Shown here: positions 45,885 through 56,378 of the stretch, in pieces | How the letters are laid out: each line of letters begins with the position of its first letter | How positions within the stretch are numbered: the stretch's first letter is position 1 | Origin: Flavobacteriales bacterium | GTDB taxonomy: Bacteria; Bacteroidota; Bacteroidia; Flavobacteriales_F; PHOS-HE28 | DNA: 64,000 nucleotides | Assembly: GCA_031411095.1 (NCBI GenBank) | Contig: JANOAK010000022.1 | Coordinates: 39,866-103,865 of the forward strand | Direction: 5' to 3' | The notes under the pieces: model-generated | What the model was told of the DNA's origin: nothing | Databases searched by the model: none | What the model saw: the letters and a program-made list of their open reading frames with translations, nothing else | Made by a program: the position numbers and the translations under genes

Positions 45885-47210
45885 ATGAAAAAGTCGTTCA
45901 TCATTGCCGGCACGGTGGCCCTGGCCAGTGCTGCCACACTTGTTCTCTTCTCCTTCAACACGGCCAGCACCAAGGCGTGCTGCATGAAGCCTGCGGAGCT
46001 CCGGCCCAAGGGCTGTGTGTTCAAAACGGTCTTTGAGGGCGAGGGGCTCGATCAGGAGTTCACGCTGAAGACCCCCGCAGAGGTGCTCTCCAGCCAGGGC
46101 AAGGCATTTGACTGGATGATCAAGGCGCAGAACAACGATGGCGGGTTCGCGGCCGGTACGCATGCAAGCCAGAACGTGATGGACCCGCATGCCTCGCCCA
46201 GTGATCCGGCCACCACGGCCATGGTGAGCATGGCGATGTTGCGCGCCGGCAGCACGCTCACCGAGGGCCGCTTCGCGAACGTGCTGGCCCGCACCACGGA
46301 GTTCCTGCTGAAGTCCGTGGAGAGCGCACCGCAGGACGCCCTGAACATCACCCCGCTCACGGGTACCCAGATCCAGGTAAAGCTGGGCCAGAACATTGAC
46401 GTGGCGCTCACGGCGCAATACCTGAGCAACCTGATGGGCCGCATGCCCTGCAACGATCCCAAGCACGACCGCTGGTTGCAGGCATTGAACAAATGCACGG
46501 CGAAGATCCAGAAGGCGCAGACGAGTAACGGCAGCGTGGCCGGCAACGGATGGGCGGGGGTCCTGCAGAGCAGCTTCGCTACCAACGCCTTGGAGAGCGC
46601 ACAGCACGTGGGCGCCGATGTGGATGACAAGGCGCTGGAGAAGGCCCGCGACTTCCAACAGGGCAACTTCGACGCGAACACGGGGACCGTGGCCACGGAG
46701 ACCGCGGCCGGCGTCACGCTCTACGCCGTGAGCAGCAGCACGCGCAACAGTGCCAAGCAGGCCCGCGAAGTGAAGGAGGTGATGGCGCGGGCGAAGAAGG
46801 ATGGCAAGGTGAAGGAGGAAGCACCGGTAACGGTGGAGAACCTGCTGGATGCGGGCATGAGCCGCGATGAGGCCGAGAAGGCGACCACCGCCTACAACGT
46901 GTACGAAGCAGCGAAGGTGCAGGCGCAATCGGACAATGTGGTGCGCGGCTTCGGCAACAACGGGGGCGAGGAGTTCCTGAGCTTCCTCCAGACGGGCGAA
47001 TCGCTGATCATCAACAAGGACAACAGCTGGAAGAACTGGTATGAGGGCACCACGGCACGCCTGCTGCAGATCCAGAACGAAGATGGCAGCTGGAACGGCC
47101 ATCACTGCATCACCAGCCCGGTGTTCTGCACCGCCACCTCCCTGCTGATCCTCAGCGTGAACAACGACATCGAGCAACTGGTGGCCCAGGGGGCCACGGT
47201 GAAACGCTAG
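45885..47210 (+). CDS. hypothetical secreted protein (possibly prenyltransferase/squalene-oxidase-like alpha/alpha-toroid repeats)
   Basis: Signal/TM segment MKKSFIIAGTVALASAATLVLF. Repeated DGGF/DGSW motifs (AQNNDGGFAAG, NEDGSWNGH). Functional call weak. Confidence 0.5.
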   Translation: MKKSFIIAGTVALASAATLVLFSFNTASTKACCMKPAELRPKGCVFKTVFEGEGLDQEFTLKTPAEVLSSQGKAFDWMIKAQNNDGGFAAGTHASQNVMDPHASPSDPATTAMVSMAMLRAGSTLTEGRFANVLARTTEFLLKSVESAPQDALNITPLTGTQIQVKLGQNIDVALTAQYLSNLMGRMPCNDPKHDRWLQALNKCTAKIQKAQTSNGSVAGNGWAGVLQSSFATNALESAQHVGADVDDKALEKARDFQQGNFDANTGTVATETAAGVTLYAVSSSTRNSAKQAREVKEVMARAKKDGKVKEEAPVTVENLLDAGMSRDEAEKATTAYNVYEAAKVQAQSDNVVRGFGNNGGEEFLSFLQTGESLIINKDNSWKNWYEGTTARLLQIQNEDGSWNGHHCITSPVFCTATSLLILSVNNDIEQLVAQGATVKR

Positions 47211-47523
47211 GTCATGTGGACATGCGGACATGTGCCCATGTGAACATGGTCGGTAGAAACAGTCGTCAGCGGGACCTTCCTCGCACGTGTTCACGGTGGA
47301 GCACGGCGGAGAAGGTTCCCGCCGCTGGCGTTCGATCACGGCCACTGCTGCACGCGTAGGTTGTTCGGCGTTGTGCTGCCCACGTTCATAAGGCTGGGAT
47401 CACGGTCGTTGCCGGTGCCCGTGTATTTCACCTCGCCATCCACGTCATTCCGGACCTATGACGAATGAGGGAATTGGCCAGGGGATCGATGAAGCGGCGT
47501 TGCTTTGCGACGGATCGATCCAC

Positions 47524-48654
47524 ATGAGCATTCTCCTCTGGTCCCTATTGTTGCTGATCGCCGGCCTGGTGCTTGCGTTGGTACTGTATTTCCGCCTGGC
47601 CCCGCGCATCGGGGGCAACCCCCACGCCGAGCGACTGGAACGCATTCGGGCCTTGCCCAATTATCGAAACGGCAAGCTGCACAACCTGGAGCTCACTGAC
47701 ATGAACATGCCCGCGAGCACCATGATGAAGGTGATGTGGACCATGCTGCGCGGAGCCGATGGGCGCGAACCGGCACGACCGATCCCCGTGGTCCCCTTCG
47801 ATCGCGATGCATGGGAGCGCGTTCCGGACAGCGAGGTGGCGCTCTCATGGCTGGGGCATTCCTGCCTGTTGATCAAGCTCAACGGCACGACCTTCCTCAC
47901 CGACCCTGTCTTCGGCAAGCGCGCCAGCACCTTCACCTTCGCCGGTCCGAAGCGGTTCTTGTACACGGAGCACATGCGCGTGGACATGCTTCCCACCGTG
48001 GATGTTGTCCTTCTCTCGCACGATCATTATGATCATCTCTGTTATGAGACCATACGCGAATTGATCACGAGCAGCGCACAGCGAAAGCTCCAGTTCATCA
48101 CAGCGCTCGGTGTTGGTGCGCATTTGGAACGGTGGGGCGTGGACCCGGCGCGCATCACCGAACTGGAATGGTGGCAGCAGGTCGATGTGGGGAAGGTGAA
48201 GCTCACGTTCACGCCCGCGCGCCATTTCACGGGTCGGAGCATGACGAACCGGTTCAGCACCTTGTGGGGTTCGTTCGTGATGCAGGGAACGAGCAAGCGG
48301 TTCTACTTCGGAGCGGACAGCGGGTATTCATCCACGTTCAAGGAGATCGGCGCGCGCTTCGGTCCATTCGACCTGGCGATGTTGGAATGCGGTGCGTACA
48401 GCGAATACTGGCCGCAGATCCACATGTTCCCGGAGGAAACGGCGCAGGCCGCGCGTGATCTGAAGGCCCGTGTGCTGATGCCGATCCACTGGGGCAAGTT
48501 CGCCCTGGGCCTGCATCCGTGGAAGGAGTCCATCGAACGGATCACGCAAGTAGCGGATGGACACCGGCCCCCGCTGCTGACACCGCGCATCGGCAGGGTC
48601 ATCACCTCGTTCGATCCCACACAGAGTGAGCGTTGGTGGGAACGGCTTGAGTGA
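47524..48654 (+). CDS. MBL-fold metallo-hydrolase (NAPE-PLD-like)
   Basis: N-terminal TM. Metallo-beta-lactamase motif LLSHDHYDHL and downstream His/Asp ligands. Confidence 0.8.
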   Translation: MSILLWSLLLLIAGLVLALVLYFRLAPRIGGNPHAERLERIRALPNYRNGKLHNLELTDMNMPASTMMKVMWTMLRGADGREPARPIPVVPFDRDAWERVPDSEVALSWLGHSCLLIKLNGTTFLTDPVFGKRASTFTFAGPKRFLYTEHMRVDMLPTVDVVLLSHDHYDHLCYETIRELITSSAQRKLQFITALGVGAHLERWGVDPARITELEWWQQVDVGKVKLTFTPARHFTGRSMTNRFSTLWGSFVMQGTSKRFYFGADSGYSSTFKEIGARFGPFDLAMLECGAYSEYWPQIHMFPEETAQAARDLKARVLMPIHWGKFALGLHPWKESIERITQVADGHRPPLLTPRIGRVITSFDPTQSERWWERLE

Positions 48655-48766
48655 ATGTGCACGCTCACGCGCTGCACGCCGATCAGCGCAGTGATGAACC
48701 GCATCAGTTCTCGCGTCCGCGGATCCCATCACACCGCTAGTGTGACCGGGCTGTGCGAAGACCTTG

Positions 48767-49369
48767 CTATCTCGGCGTGATCACCACCCGCTCCTGCAGG
48801 AGCATGGCGCCTTGGGCATTGCTCACCACCATCAGGTAGGTACCGGGGGCCAGACCGTCTATGTTCACCGTGGGCGTTACCACGGGTGCCACCTGAAGCG
48901 CTTTTTTTCCGCTCAGGTCGAAGAAGACCAGCGAACTACCGGGTACCGCCACCGACGCATCCAGGTTCACGAAGGTGCTGGCCGGATTCGGGAACGCGCG
49001 CTGCGAGCCGGTCGCCTCTGTGTCGTCCACGCTGTTCGGGCCCAACACGATGATCTGGCCTTTCATCCCCGATGATGCATGCGGGATGCAGACGTAGTAA
49101 TACGTGCCCGGAATGGAAAGTGAAAAGGTGTGGGTGCCGGCTGAAAAGTTGAAGCCTCCGTTCGGTGTGTTGCCATTGGCGTTCCACGTGGCCTGGGATA
49201 CTTGAGTGCAGGTGTGGGGTGATGAGAGCACCAGATGCACGCTGTCACCTGACTGGATAGTGAGGACGGACGGGTTGAAGGTGAGGCCCGCATTGGTGAG
49301 CTGGTGGGTGGTCTGTGCTTGGGTCGCACCGGCGAGGAGGATGATCGAAAGCAGGGTGGAAATTCTCAT
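48767..49369 (-). CDS. cupredoxin (plastocyanin/azurin-like blue-copper) protein with T9SS C-terminal domain
   Basis: Signal peptide MRISTLLSIILLAGATQAQ. Type-1 copper site YYYVCIPHASSGMKGQ. CTD-like tail. Confidence 0.65.
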   Translation of the reverse strand: MRISTLLSIILLAGATQAQTTHQLTNAGLTFNPSVLTIQSGDSVHLVLSSPHTCTQVSQATWNANGNTPNGGFNFSAGTHTFSLSIPGTYYYVCIPHASSGMKGQIIVLGPNSVDDTEATGSQRAFPNPASTFVNLDASVAVPGSSLVFFDLSGKKALQVAPVVTPTVNIDGLAPGTYLMVVSNAQGAMLLQERVVITPR

Positions 49370-49530
49370 GTGGGGCAGTGTATCAAATGATGCGTTGGGG
49401 GGTGAATTTAGGATCGTTCGCTGGATGGTATCGCGGAATGGGATGGCCTGTGGCGGGATATTCGTCGGTCCCTTATGGCGAGGCACGAAGATCGCTTAGT
49501 TTAATGACCGAGGATCGACACAAAAACCGT

Positions 49531-49580
49531 CGATCCCATCCCGTGTTCGCGAGGAGGCTTTGCGACGAAGCGATCTTTAA
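49531..49580. repeat. solitary family-A REP-like unit abutting the dinB start
   Basis: GATCCCATCCCGTGTTCGCGAGGAGGCTTTGCGACGAAGCGATCTTTAATTGAG is the variant-b unit of the 1501-1785 array. Confidence 0.7.
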
Positions 49581-49589
49581 TTGAGTTCC

Positions 49590-50807
49590 ATGGAACGCAC
49601 GATACTCCATCTCGACCTCGACACCTTCTTCGTGTCGTGCGAGCGCCTGATGGACGCCCGGCTGAACGGCAAGCCGGTGCTCATCGGCAGCGACAGCGAT
49701 CGCGGCGTGGTGGCCAGTTGCAGTTACGAGGCGCGGGCCTTCGGTGTGCGCAGCGCCATGCCCATGAAGATGGCCAAGCAGCTCTGCCCCGAGGCCATCA
49801 TCCTGCGCGGCGACAGCGGCCGCTACATCCGCATGAGCGATGATGTGACGCAGGTGATCCGCGAGAACGTACCGCTCTTCGAGAAGACCAGCGTGGACGA
49901 GTTCTTCGTGGACCTCACGGGCACCGACCGCTTCCACGGCAGCTGGAAACTGGCGGTGGACCTGCGGCAGCGCATCATCAAGCAGATCGGCCTGCCGAAC
50001 AGCTTCGGCATGAGCATCAACAAGACGGTGAGCAAGGTGGCCACGGGCGAGGGCAAGCAGCACGGGGGGCAGATCCTGGTGCCGCGCGGCACCGAGAAGC
50101 CCTTCCTCGCACCCATGCCCATCGAACGCATTCCGGGGGTGGGCGAGAAGACCGCGCACCTGCTGCGCAGCATGGGCGTGGCGAAGATCGCCACCATGCA
50201 GGAGCTGCCCGTGGACCTCATGCAACGCCTGCTGGGCGAGCACGGCCCCGTGCTGTGGCGCAAAGCGAACGGCATTGATGACAGTCCGGTCACCGCATGG
50301 CACGAACGCAAGAGCATCAGCACCGAACGCACCTTCGAGCGCGATACCATCGACGTCACCAAGCTGCACGGCCTGCTCACGGCCATGACGGAGAGCCTCG
50401 CGTTCCAACTGCGCAAGGGCGAGAAGCTCACCAGCTGCGTGGCCGTGAAGATCCGCTACGCCGACATGAACACGCACACGCGGCAACTGCGCATCGGTTA
50501 CACCGCCTGCGACCACCTGCTGCTGCCCATTGTGCACGACCTCTTCCGCACGCTCTACGATCGCCGCCAGCGCATCCGCCTCATCGGGGTGCGCTTCAGC
50601 AACCTCGTGGGTGGCGGTCACCAGATGGACGCCTTCACCGACACCGAGGAGGCGATGAGCCTCTACCAGGCCATGGACAAGGTGCGCAAACGCTTCGGCG
50701 ATCGTACCGTGATGCGCGCCAGCGGCATGGACGCCAAGAGCATCGGCCGCATGGACAACCCCTTCGACGGGCAGGCACCGGTGCTGCTGGCGAACCGGAG
50801 AACGTGA
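49590..50807 (+). CDS. dinB: DNA polymerase IV (Y-family)
   Basis: MERTILHLDLDTFFVSCE..., SIDEFFVD. Full-length Y-family polymerase. Alternative TTG start at 49581. Confidence 0.95.
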   Translation: MERTILHLDLDTFFVSCERLMDARLNGKPVLIGSDSDRGVVASCSYEARAFGVRSAMPMKMAKQLCPEAIILRGDSGRYIRMSDDVTQVIRENVPLFEKTSVDEFFVDLTGTDRFHGSWKLAVDLRQRIIKQIGLPNSFGMSINKTVSKVATGEGKQHGGQILVPRGTEKPFLAPMPIERIPGVGEKTAHLLRSMGVAKIATMQELPVDLMQRLLGEHGPVLWRKANGIDDSPVTAWHERKSISTERTFERDTIDVTKLHGLLTAMTESLAFQLRKGEKLTSCVAVKIRYADMNTHTRQLRIGYTACDHLLLPIVHDLFRTLYDRRQRIRLIGVRFSNLVGGGHQMDAFTDTEEAMSLYQAMDKVRKRFGDRTVMRASGMDAKSIGRMDNPFDGQAPVLLANRRT

Positions 50808-50809
50808 AA

Positions 50810-50845
50810 ATGTTCAATTCTCAATGATCATTGAGAATTGAACAT
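50810..50845. terminator. perfect 17/17 palindrome ATGTTCAATTCTCAATGATCATTGAGAATTGAACAT between convergent dinB and osmC
   Basis: Seen directly. Fills the 43-bp gap between the two stop codons. Likely bidirectional terminator hairpin. Confidence 0.55.
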
Positions 50846-50850
50846 GGAGA

Positions 50851-51291
50851 CTATGCCAACACCGCCGTCAGCGTGATCGGCAGGGCCTTCAGCGCCTGGC
50901 TGATGGGGCAGCCCACCTTGGCCTCTTCGGCGCATTTGGCGAACTCCTCCTGGCTGATGCCGGGCACGGTCGCCTTCAGGTCGAGGTGGATGCCCACGAT
51001 GCCATTGCCGCCGGGGATCGGGCCCATCTGGATGTTCGAGGTGCAGACCAGTTCATCGGGCGTGTGGCCGCCGTTGCCCAGAATGAAGCTCAACTTCATG
51101 GTGAAGCAGCTGGCATGTGCCGCGGCGATCAGCTCCTCGGGGTTGGTGCCGGCGGTGCCATCCTCGCTCACGAAGCGGGTATGGAATGAATGGGGGGTAT
51201 TGTTGAGCACACCGCTGGGAGTGGTCACGGTGCCGGATCCTTCCTTGCCGGTGCCTTTCCAGTTGGCGGTCGCTTTACGAATGAGAGCCAT
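50851..51291 (-). CDS. osmC: OsmC-family peroxiredoxin
   Basis: 146 aa from MALIRKATANWKGTGKEG... OsmC motifs (TNPEELIAAAHASCF, VGCPIS). Confidence 0.85.
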   Translation of the reverse strand: MALIRKATANWKGTGKEGSGTVTTPSGVLNNTPHSFHTRFVSEDGTAGTNPEELIAAAHASCFTMKLSFILGNGGHTPDELVCTSNIQMGPIPGGNGIVGIHLDLKATVPGISQEEFAKCAEEAKVGCPISQALKALPITLTAVLA

Positions 51292-51766
51292 GTAGTTCTT
51301 CGGTTTTTGGGAGCGCGAAGTTAGATGGAACCTGCCTACCGGACAGGCAGGCGCAGATGACGCTGATCGAGCTGATGAACGCTGATGAGCGCGAAATGAG
51401 ATGGAACGCTGATGACGCTGATGGAGCTGATGACCGTAGATAAAAAGGATGATCGCAGTTGATGCTGACCGAGCAGATGGAAACGGATGAATGCCAACAT
51501 GGTTTCCCCCTCCTCCTCGAGGAGGGGAAGTCGCCGGCAAGTCCGGCCGGCGACGGGGTGGTGACCTGCGGCCCTGGACCACCCCCGACGCATCGGGGCG
51601 AACCACCCCGCCCTACGGGCACCCCTCCTATCCGCCTCCTTCGTCGGCGGCAGGAGGGGGAAACGACCAGGTTGGGAGGGAGGGGGAAACGACCAGATCA
51701 CCGCCTGCCATGGCACACAGCGCGGATACCAGCGTGGATGCCGCGGGTCGTCATGATCAGCGCTGA

Positions 51767-52504
51767 TCAATGCAACGCCAGATAGAGCGCCGCTGCAATG
51801 GCCCCACCTGCAAGCGGGCCGATCACCGGGATCCACGCGTATGACCAGTCGCTGCTTCCGCCGATGGGCAGGAGCGCGTGCATGATACGTGGGCCCAGGT
51901 CGCGCGCCGGGTTGATCGCGTAGCCGGTGGGGCCTCCAAGCGAGAGACCGATGCCCCAGACAAGCAAGGCCACAGGCAATGCCCCCAGTGACCCCAGGCC
52001 GAGGAGGGCGGTGCTGTCCGCGGAAAGCGTGAGGGATGGTCCGGTGAGGAAGAGGATGGTGAAGATGAGCACGAAGGCACCGATGGCCTCACTGATCAGG
52101 TTGCTCGCCGGTCTGTGTATCGCAGGCGCTGTGCAGAAGCAGGCGAGCTTGGCGATGGGGTTGTGGGTAAGGGCGAAATGGTCGCGATGCATGATCCACA
52201 CAAGCGTCGATCCCAGCATGGCACCGAGGAACTGTGCTGCGATGTAGATGGGTACGTTGCTCCACGCGAAGTTGCCCACCAGCGCGAGCGAGATGCTCAC
52301 CACCGGATTCAGGTGCGCACCACTGAACGGGCCGGCCACCACCACGCCCACGTACACGGCCAATGCCCAAGCGGTGGTGATCACCAACCAGCCGGATCCG
52401 TGGCCTTTGGTGCCGTCGAGCAGCACGTTGGCAACAACCCCATTGCCCAGTAGGATCATGAGCAGGGTACCCAGCAATTCAGCAACAAAAGGTGTCATGT
52501 GCAT
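51767..52504 (-). CDS. glpF: MIP-family aquaglyceroporin (glycerol uptake facilitator)
   Basis: Two NPA-type boxes (SGAHLNPVVS and GYAINPARDLGPR). Immediately upstream of glpK. Confidence 0.9.
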   Translation of the reverse strand: MHMTPFVAELLGTLLMILLGNGVVANVLLDGTKGHGSGWLVITTAWALAVYVGVVVAGPFSGAHLNPVVSISLALVGNFAWSNVPIYIAAQFLGAMLGSTLVWIMHRDHFALTHNPIAKLACFCTAPAIHRPASNLISEAIGAFVLIFTILFLTGPSLTLSADSTALLGLGSLGALPVALLVWGIGLSLGGPTGYAINPARDLGPRIMHALLPIGGSSDWSYAWIPVIGPLAGGAIAAALYLALH

Positions 52505-52516
52505 GTATGGCGTTGA

Positions 52517-54013
52517 TCATTCTTCGGCCCACTTGCGGGCACAGTTCACGGCCTTGCGCCAGAAGTGCAACAGGTGGTACACATCCTCGCGCGGCATGGT
52601 GGGCTTGAATTCACGGTCGATGCCCCATTGCGCCTTGATCTCCTCCAGGCCGCTCCAATAACCTACGGCCAGTCCGGCGAGGTAGGCAGCGCCCAGGGCG
52701 GTGGTCTCCACGGTGCGCGGCCGGATGATGTGCGCCCCGAAGAGGTCGGCCTGGAACTGCAACAACAGGTCGCTGGCCGCGGCGCCACCGTCCACCCGCA
52801 GCTCGGTGCAGGGCGTTCCGGCATCCGCCTCCATGGCCTTCACGATATCGAACACCTGGAAGGCTATGCCTTCGAGCGTTGCACGCGCAATGTGCGCATC
52901 GGTACTGGCACGGGTGAGCCCCAGGATGGCGCCGCGCGCATACGGATCCCAGTGGGGCGCACCCAGCCCGGTGAGCGCGGGCACGAAGTACACGCCTCCG
53001 TTATCGGACACCGATGCCGCCAGGTCGTTCACCTGCTGCGACGTGGTGATCATGTGTGCACCATCGCGCAACCATTGCACGGCCGCGCCACCCACGAACA
53101 CGCTTCCTTCAAGTGCGTAGGAAGTGTGTTCCCCGATCTTCCACGCCACGGTGGTGAGCAGTTGGTTGGTTGAGTGCACGGCCACTTGGCCGGTGTTCAT
53201 CAGCAGGAAGCAACCGGTACCGTAGGTGTTCTTCACCATGCCCGGCTCGGTGCACAGCTGGCCGAACAAGGCCGCCTGTTGATCACCCGCGATGCCCGCT
53301 ATCGGAATGGGGGTGGAGAAGAAGCTGGGTGAGGTGTGCCCGTAGAGTTCACTGCTCGCGCGTACGTCGGGCAGCACGGAACGCGGGATGTTGAACAACG
53401 CGAGCAGTTCATCATCCCACGCGAGCGTATGGATGTTGAAGAGCATTGTACGACTGGCGTTGGACACGTCCGTAACGAACAACGCGCCTTGGGTGAGCTT
53501 CCAAACGAGCCAGGTGTCCACGGTGCCGAAGCAGATCCTTCCGTTCTCCGCGCGTTCCCGCGCACCTTCGACATGGTCGAGGATCCATTTCAATTTGGTG
53601 GCAGAGAAGTAGGAGTCCACCACAAGCCCGGTCCGCTCGCGGATCAAGGGGGCGTGCCCGGCCTCCTTGAGTTCATCGCAGAGGCGTGCGGTGCGCCGGT
53701 CCTGCCACACGATCGCCGGATACAGTGGTTCTCCTGTATCGCGGTCCCACACCAGGGTGGTCTCGCGTTGGTTGGTGATGCCGATGGCCGCGATGTCCTT
53801 CCCGGTCAAGCCGGCGCGCGCCATCACCTCGGCGGCAACCGACACTTGCGATGACCAGATCTCGTTCGGGTCGTGCTCCACCCATCCATCCTGTGGGAAG
53901 TACTGCGTGAAGGGCCGTTGTACGGAATCCACCATGCGACCCGCGTGATCGAACAGGATCGCACGGGAAGAGGTGGTGCCCTGGTCAAGGGCCAGGATCA
54001 GTTGCTGGTTCAT
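52517..54013 (-). CDS. glpK: glycerol kinase
   Basis: [22 protein letters not shown]..., 498 aa. FGGY kinase motifs throughout. Confidence 0.97.
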   Translation of the reverse strand: MNQQLILALDQGTTSSRAILFDHAGRMVDSVQRPFTQYFPQDGWVEHDPNEIWSSQVSVAAEVMARAGLTGKDIAAIGITNQRETTLVWDRDTGEPLYPAIVWQDRRTARLCDELKEAGHAPLIRERTGLVVDSYFSATKLKWILDHVEGARERAENGRICFGTVDTWLVWKLTQGALFVTDVSNASRTMLFNIHTLAWDDELLALFNIPRSVLPDVRASSELYGHTSPSFFSTPIPIAGIAGDQQAALFGQLCTEPGMVKNTYGTGCFLLMNTGQVAVHSTNQLLTTVAWKIGEHTSYALEGSVFVGGAAVQWLRDGAHMITTSQQVNDLAASVSDNGGVYFVPALTGLGAPHWDPYARGAILGLTRASTDAHIARATLEGIAFQVFDIVKAMEADAGTPCTELRVDGGAAASDLLLQFQADLFGAHIIRPRTVETTALGAAYLAGLAVGYWSGLEEIKAQWGIDREFKPTMPREDVYHLLHFWRKAVNCARKWAEE

Positions 54014-54283
54014 CCGGAAGGGGAAGATCGTGCTTCTTGTGCGAACTCAGGCAGGTAGCTATACCCCTACGAAGGAGCCCAAGCCTTCCGCGCTCCCTGG
54101 AGTGTGCGGCCTGTTGACATATATCACAGTGTGGGGCATGCCCTCAACACACATCGCCTCGTGGACCGCACAGAGCGCAGCATGAACAACCAGCGAATAC
54201 GTGTCTGGTAGCTGGAATAACGTCATAGAGCTCCTTGTACCGGCACGCTCATTGGTCAACTGGAGATATACATCCCCTTTAGC

Positions 54284-54691
54284 ATGCAAGAGATCCAACC
54301 GGAGGGTACCTCGCCACAGCCGCTACGTGTCCTGGTGGTGGACGACCGCGTAGATGTGGCGATGAGCCTGGCCTTGCTGCTGAAGCACCTTGGCTACACC
54401 GTCCAAGTCGCCAACCTGGCCGAGGAGGCGTTGGAGAAGGGGGAACGCCTTCGCCCCGATGTGGTCTTCCTGGATATCGGCCTACCGGACCACTCCGGCT
54501 ATGACGTATGCTTGGAGATGCGTCGCAATGATTGGGGCGCCAAGGCGTTCATTGTTGCGGTGACCGGGCGGGATGACGCAGCGGATGTTCTGCGTGCCGC
54601 CCACACGGGCTTTGATCGTCACGTGGGGAAGCCCATGGGCTTCAACACCCTCCGGGATATCCTGCGAGCAGCGGAGATGGGAACGGCCTGA
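54284..54691 (+). CDS. single-domain response regulator (receiver), paralogous to the REC domains of the hybrid kinases
   Basis: VLVVDDRVDVAMSLALLLKHLGY...VVFLDIGLPDHSGY...VAVTGRDD... Confidence 0.8.
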   Translation: MQEIQPEGTSPQPLRVLVVDDRVDVAMSLALLLKHLGYTVQVANLAEEALEKGERLRPDVVFLDIGLPDHSGYDVCLEMRRNDWGAKAFIVAVTGRDDAADVLRAAHTGFDRHVGKPMGFNTLRDILRAAEMGTA

Positions 54692-54717
54692 TCAGGGCGT
54701 CAGATGCACATGCAGCT

Positions 54718-56346
54718 TCAGGCCGAAGTGAATGTTCGTGTCTCCACAGCGACCGGCAGTTGGTAGGCACGGGCCAAGGCGTGGAATTCCTGTACCTGTG
54801 CGGCCACCCAACCTTCTTCATGTGCCGCCTCCGCAGCGATCACACGCGCCACCTTATCACTGCACGCGATGGCGGCCGCAGCATCAACAAAGAGGAGCCG
54901 CACCCTGCGGGCGAGGACATCCTCCACCGTGATGGCCATTTCATGCCGGACCGCATGGATCACCTCTCCCACGGTGTAGGGGTGATCGGGATGGATCCGT
55001 TCACGTGTCCGCGGATCGTCCAGATGCACCGCATGGATGACATCGGCCTCGATCCCGTATAAGCCCAAGCGGTCGCATGTGTGCACGTGCTCGGCGGCCA
55101 CGTTGCCATGGATGGGCAGCGTTGTGGTGATGCAGGGGCGGGCGGGGAGGTTGACCAGCGCAATGGCCCGATCCACCACGTCCTCGGCCATTTTTCGGTA
55201 GGTGGTCCATTTGCCGCCGATGATGGAGATGAGACCTGAAGGGGAGACAAGGAGCTTGTGGCTGCGCGAAACGTCCTTGGTGCTCCGTCGCCCGTGGCCT
55301 GGTGCCGCCAAGGGGCGCTGACCGGCATACATGCACAGCACATCAGCGCGTGTAGGCTTGCGGGTGAGGTAACCGGATGCCGTGTTCAGCACGAAGTCGA
55401 TCTCTTCCTCGAGTGGGCGGGGTTCGAGGCTGGGTTCGTCCACGGGAGTATCGGTGGTACCCACCACCACATGCTCGTGCCATGGAATGGCGAAGAGCAC
55501 CCGGCCATCGGACGTGCGGGGGATCATCAGGGCATCGTTACCGGGAAGGAAGGATCGGTGCAGCACCAGGTGTATGCCCTGGCTGGGTACGATGTGGTCC
55601 TTGGTATCCGGGCCGTCGAGTGCGAGGATCGTGTTGGTGAGCACGCCCGTGGCGTTCACCACCACCTTTCCCAACACTTCGTGGGAAGCACCCGTGATCG
55701 CATCTTCCACGTGCACCCCGGTGATCGTACCGCCGAGGTCCTTACGGAACGACTTCACCGACATGTGGTTCAACACGCAGGCCCCGTGGTCAACGGCTGT
55801 TCGCGCCAGGTCGATCGCTAGGCGGGCGTCATCGAATTGTCCATCGTGGTACAACACACCACCGCAAAGGCCATCCGCACGCACGTTCACCAACTGGGCC
55901 AGCGCTTCGGTGCGGTCCAAAAGGCGTGTTCCACCGAAGCTCAGGCGGCCGGCCATCAGATCATAGAGACCGAGCCCCACGCGGTAGTACCACATCTCCC
56001 ACCGATGATAGCAAGGGATGACGAAGCGCTGATCATGCACCAGGTGACGCGCGTTCTGCGCGAGGTACCCACGTTCGCGCAGGGCCTCGCGCACCAGACC
56101 GAGGTCGCCTTGCGCGAGGTAACGAACACCACCATGGACCAGTTTGGTGCTGCGGCTGGAGGTGCCCTTTGCGAAGTCATGCGCCTCGAACAGGACGGTG
56201 CTGAAGCCGCGGGAAGCGGCATCCACCGCGATGCCCAGTCCGCTGGCACCACCACCGATCACGATCACATCCCACACATGGTCCTGGTGGAGTAGTTGGT
56301 CGAGCGCTGCCTGCCTGTTCATGTCACCTGGTCCTGTCGCTTCCAC
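54718..56346 (-). CDS. glpD: FAD-dependent glycerol-3-phosphate dehydrogenase
   Basis: FAD motif DVIVIGGGASGLGIAVDAASRG. GlpD C-terminal domain. Start possibly at 56322 (MNRQAAL). Confidence 0.9.
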   Translation of the reverse strand: MEATGPGDMNRQAALDQLLHQDHVWDVIVIGGGASGLGIAVDAASRGFSTVLFEAHDFAKGTSSRSTKLVHGGVRYLAQGDLGLVREALRERGYLAQNARHLVHDQRFVIPCYHRWEMWYYRVGLGLYDLMAGRLSFGGTRLLDRTEALAQLVNVRADGLCGGVLYHDGQFDDARLAIDLARTAVDHGACVLNHMSVKSFRKDLGGTITGVHVEDAITGASHEVLGKVVVNATGVLTNTILALDGPDTKDHIVPSQGIHLVLHRSFLPGNDALMIPRTSDGRVLFAIPWHEHVVVGTTDTPVDEPSLEPRPLEEEIDFVLNTASGYLTRKPTRADVLCMYAGQRPLAAPGHGRRSTKDVSRSHKLLVSPSGLISIIGGKWTTYRKMAEDVVDRAIALVNLPARPCITTTLPIHGNVAAEHVHTCDRLGLYGIEADVIHAVHLDDPRTRERIHPDHPYTVGEVIHAVRHEMAITVEDVLARRVRLLFVDAAAAIACSDKVARVIAAEAAHEEGWVAAQVQEFHALARAYQLPVAVETRTFTSA

Positions 56347-56378
56347 GACCAGCAGGCAAGCTACCGATGAAGTTCAGA

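Noticed and set aside
45819-47345. 508-aa minus-strand ORF
   Set aside because: Antisense to the 45885-47210 secreted-protein gene. R/A/G/H-rich with no motifs.
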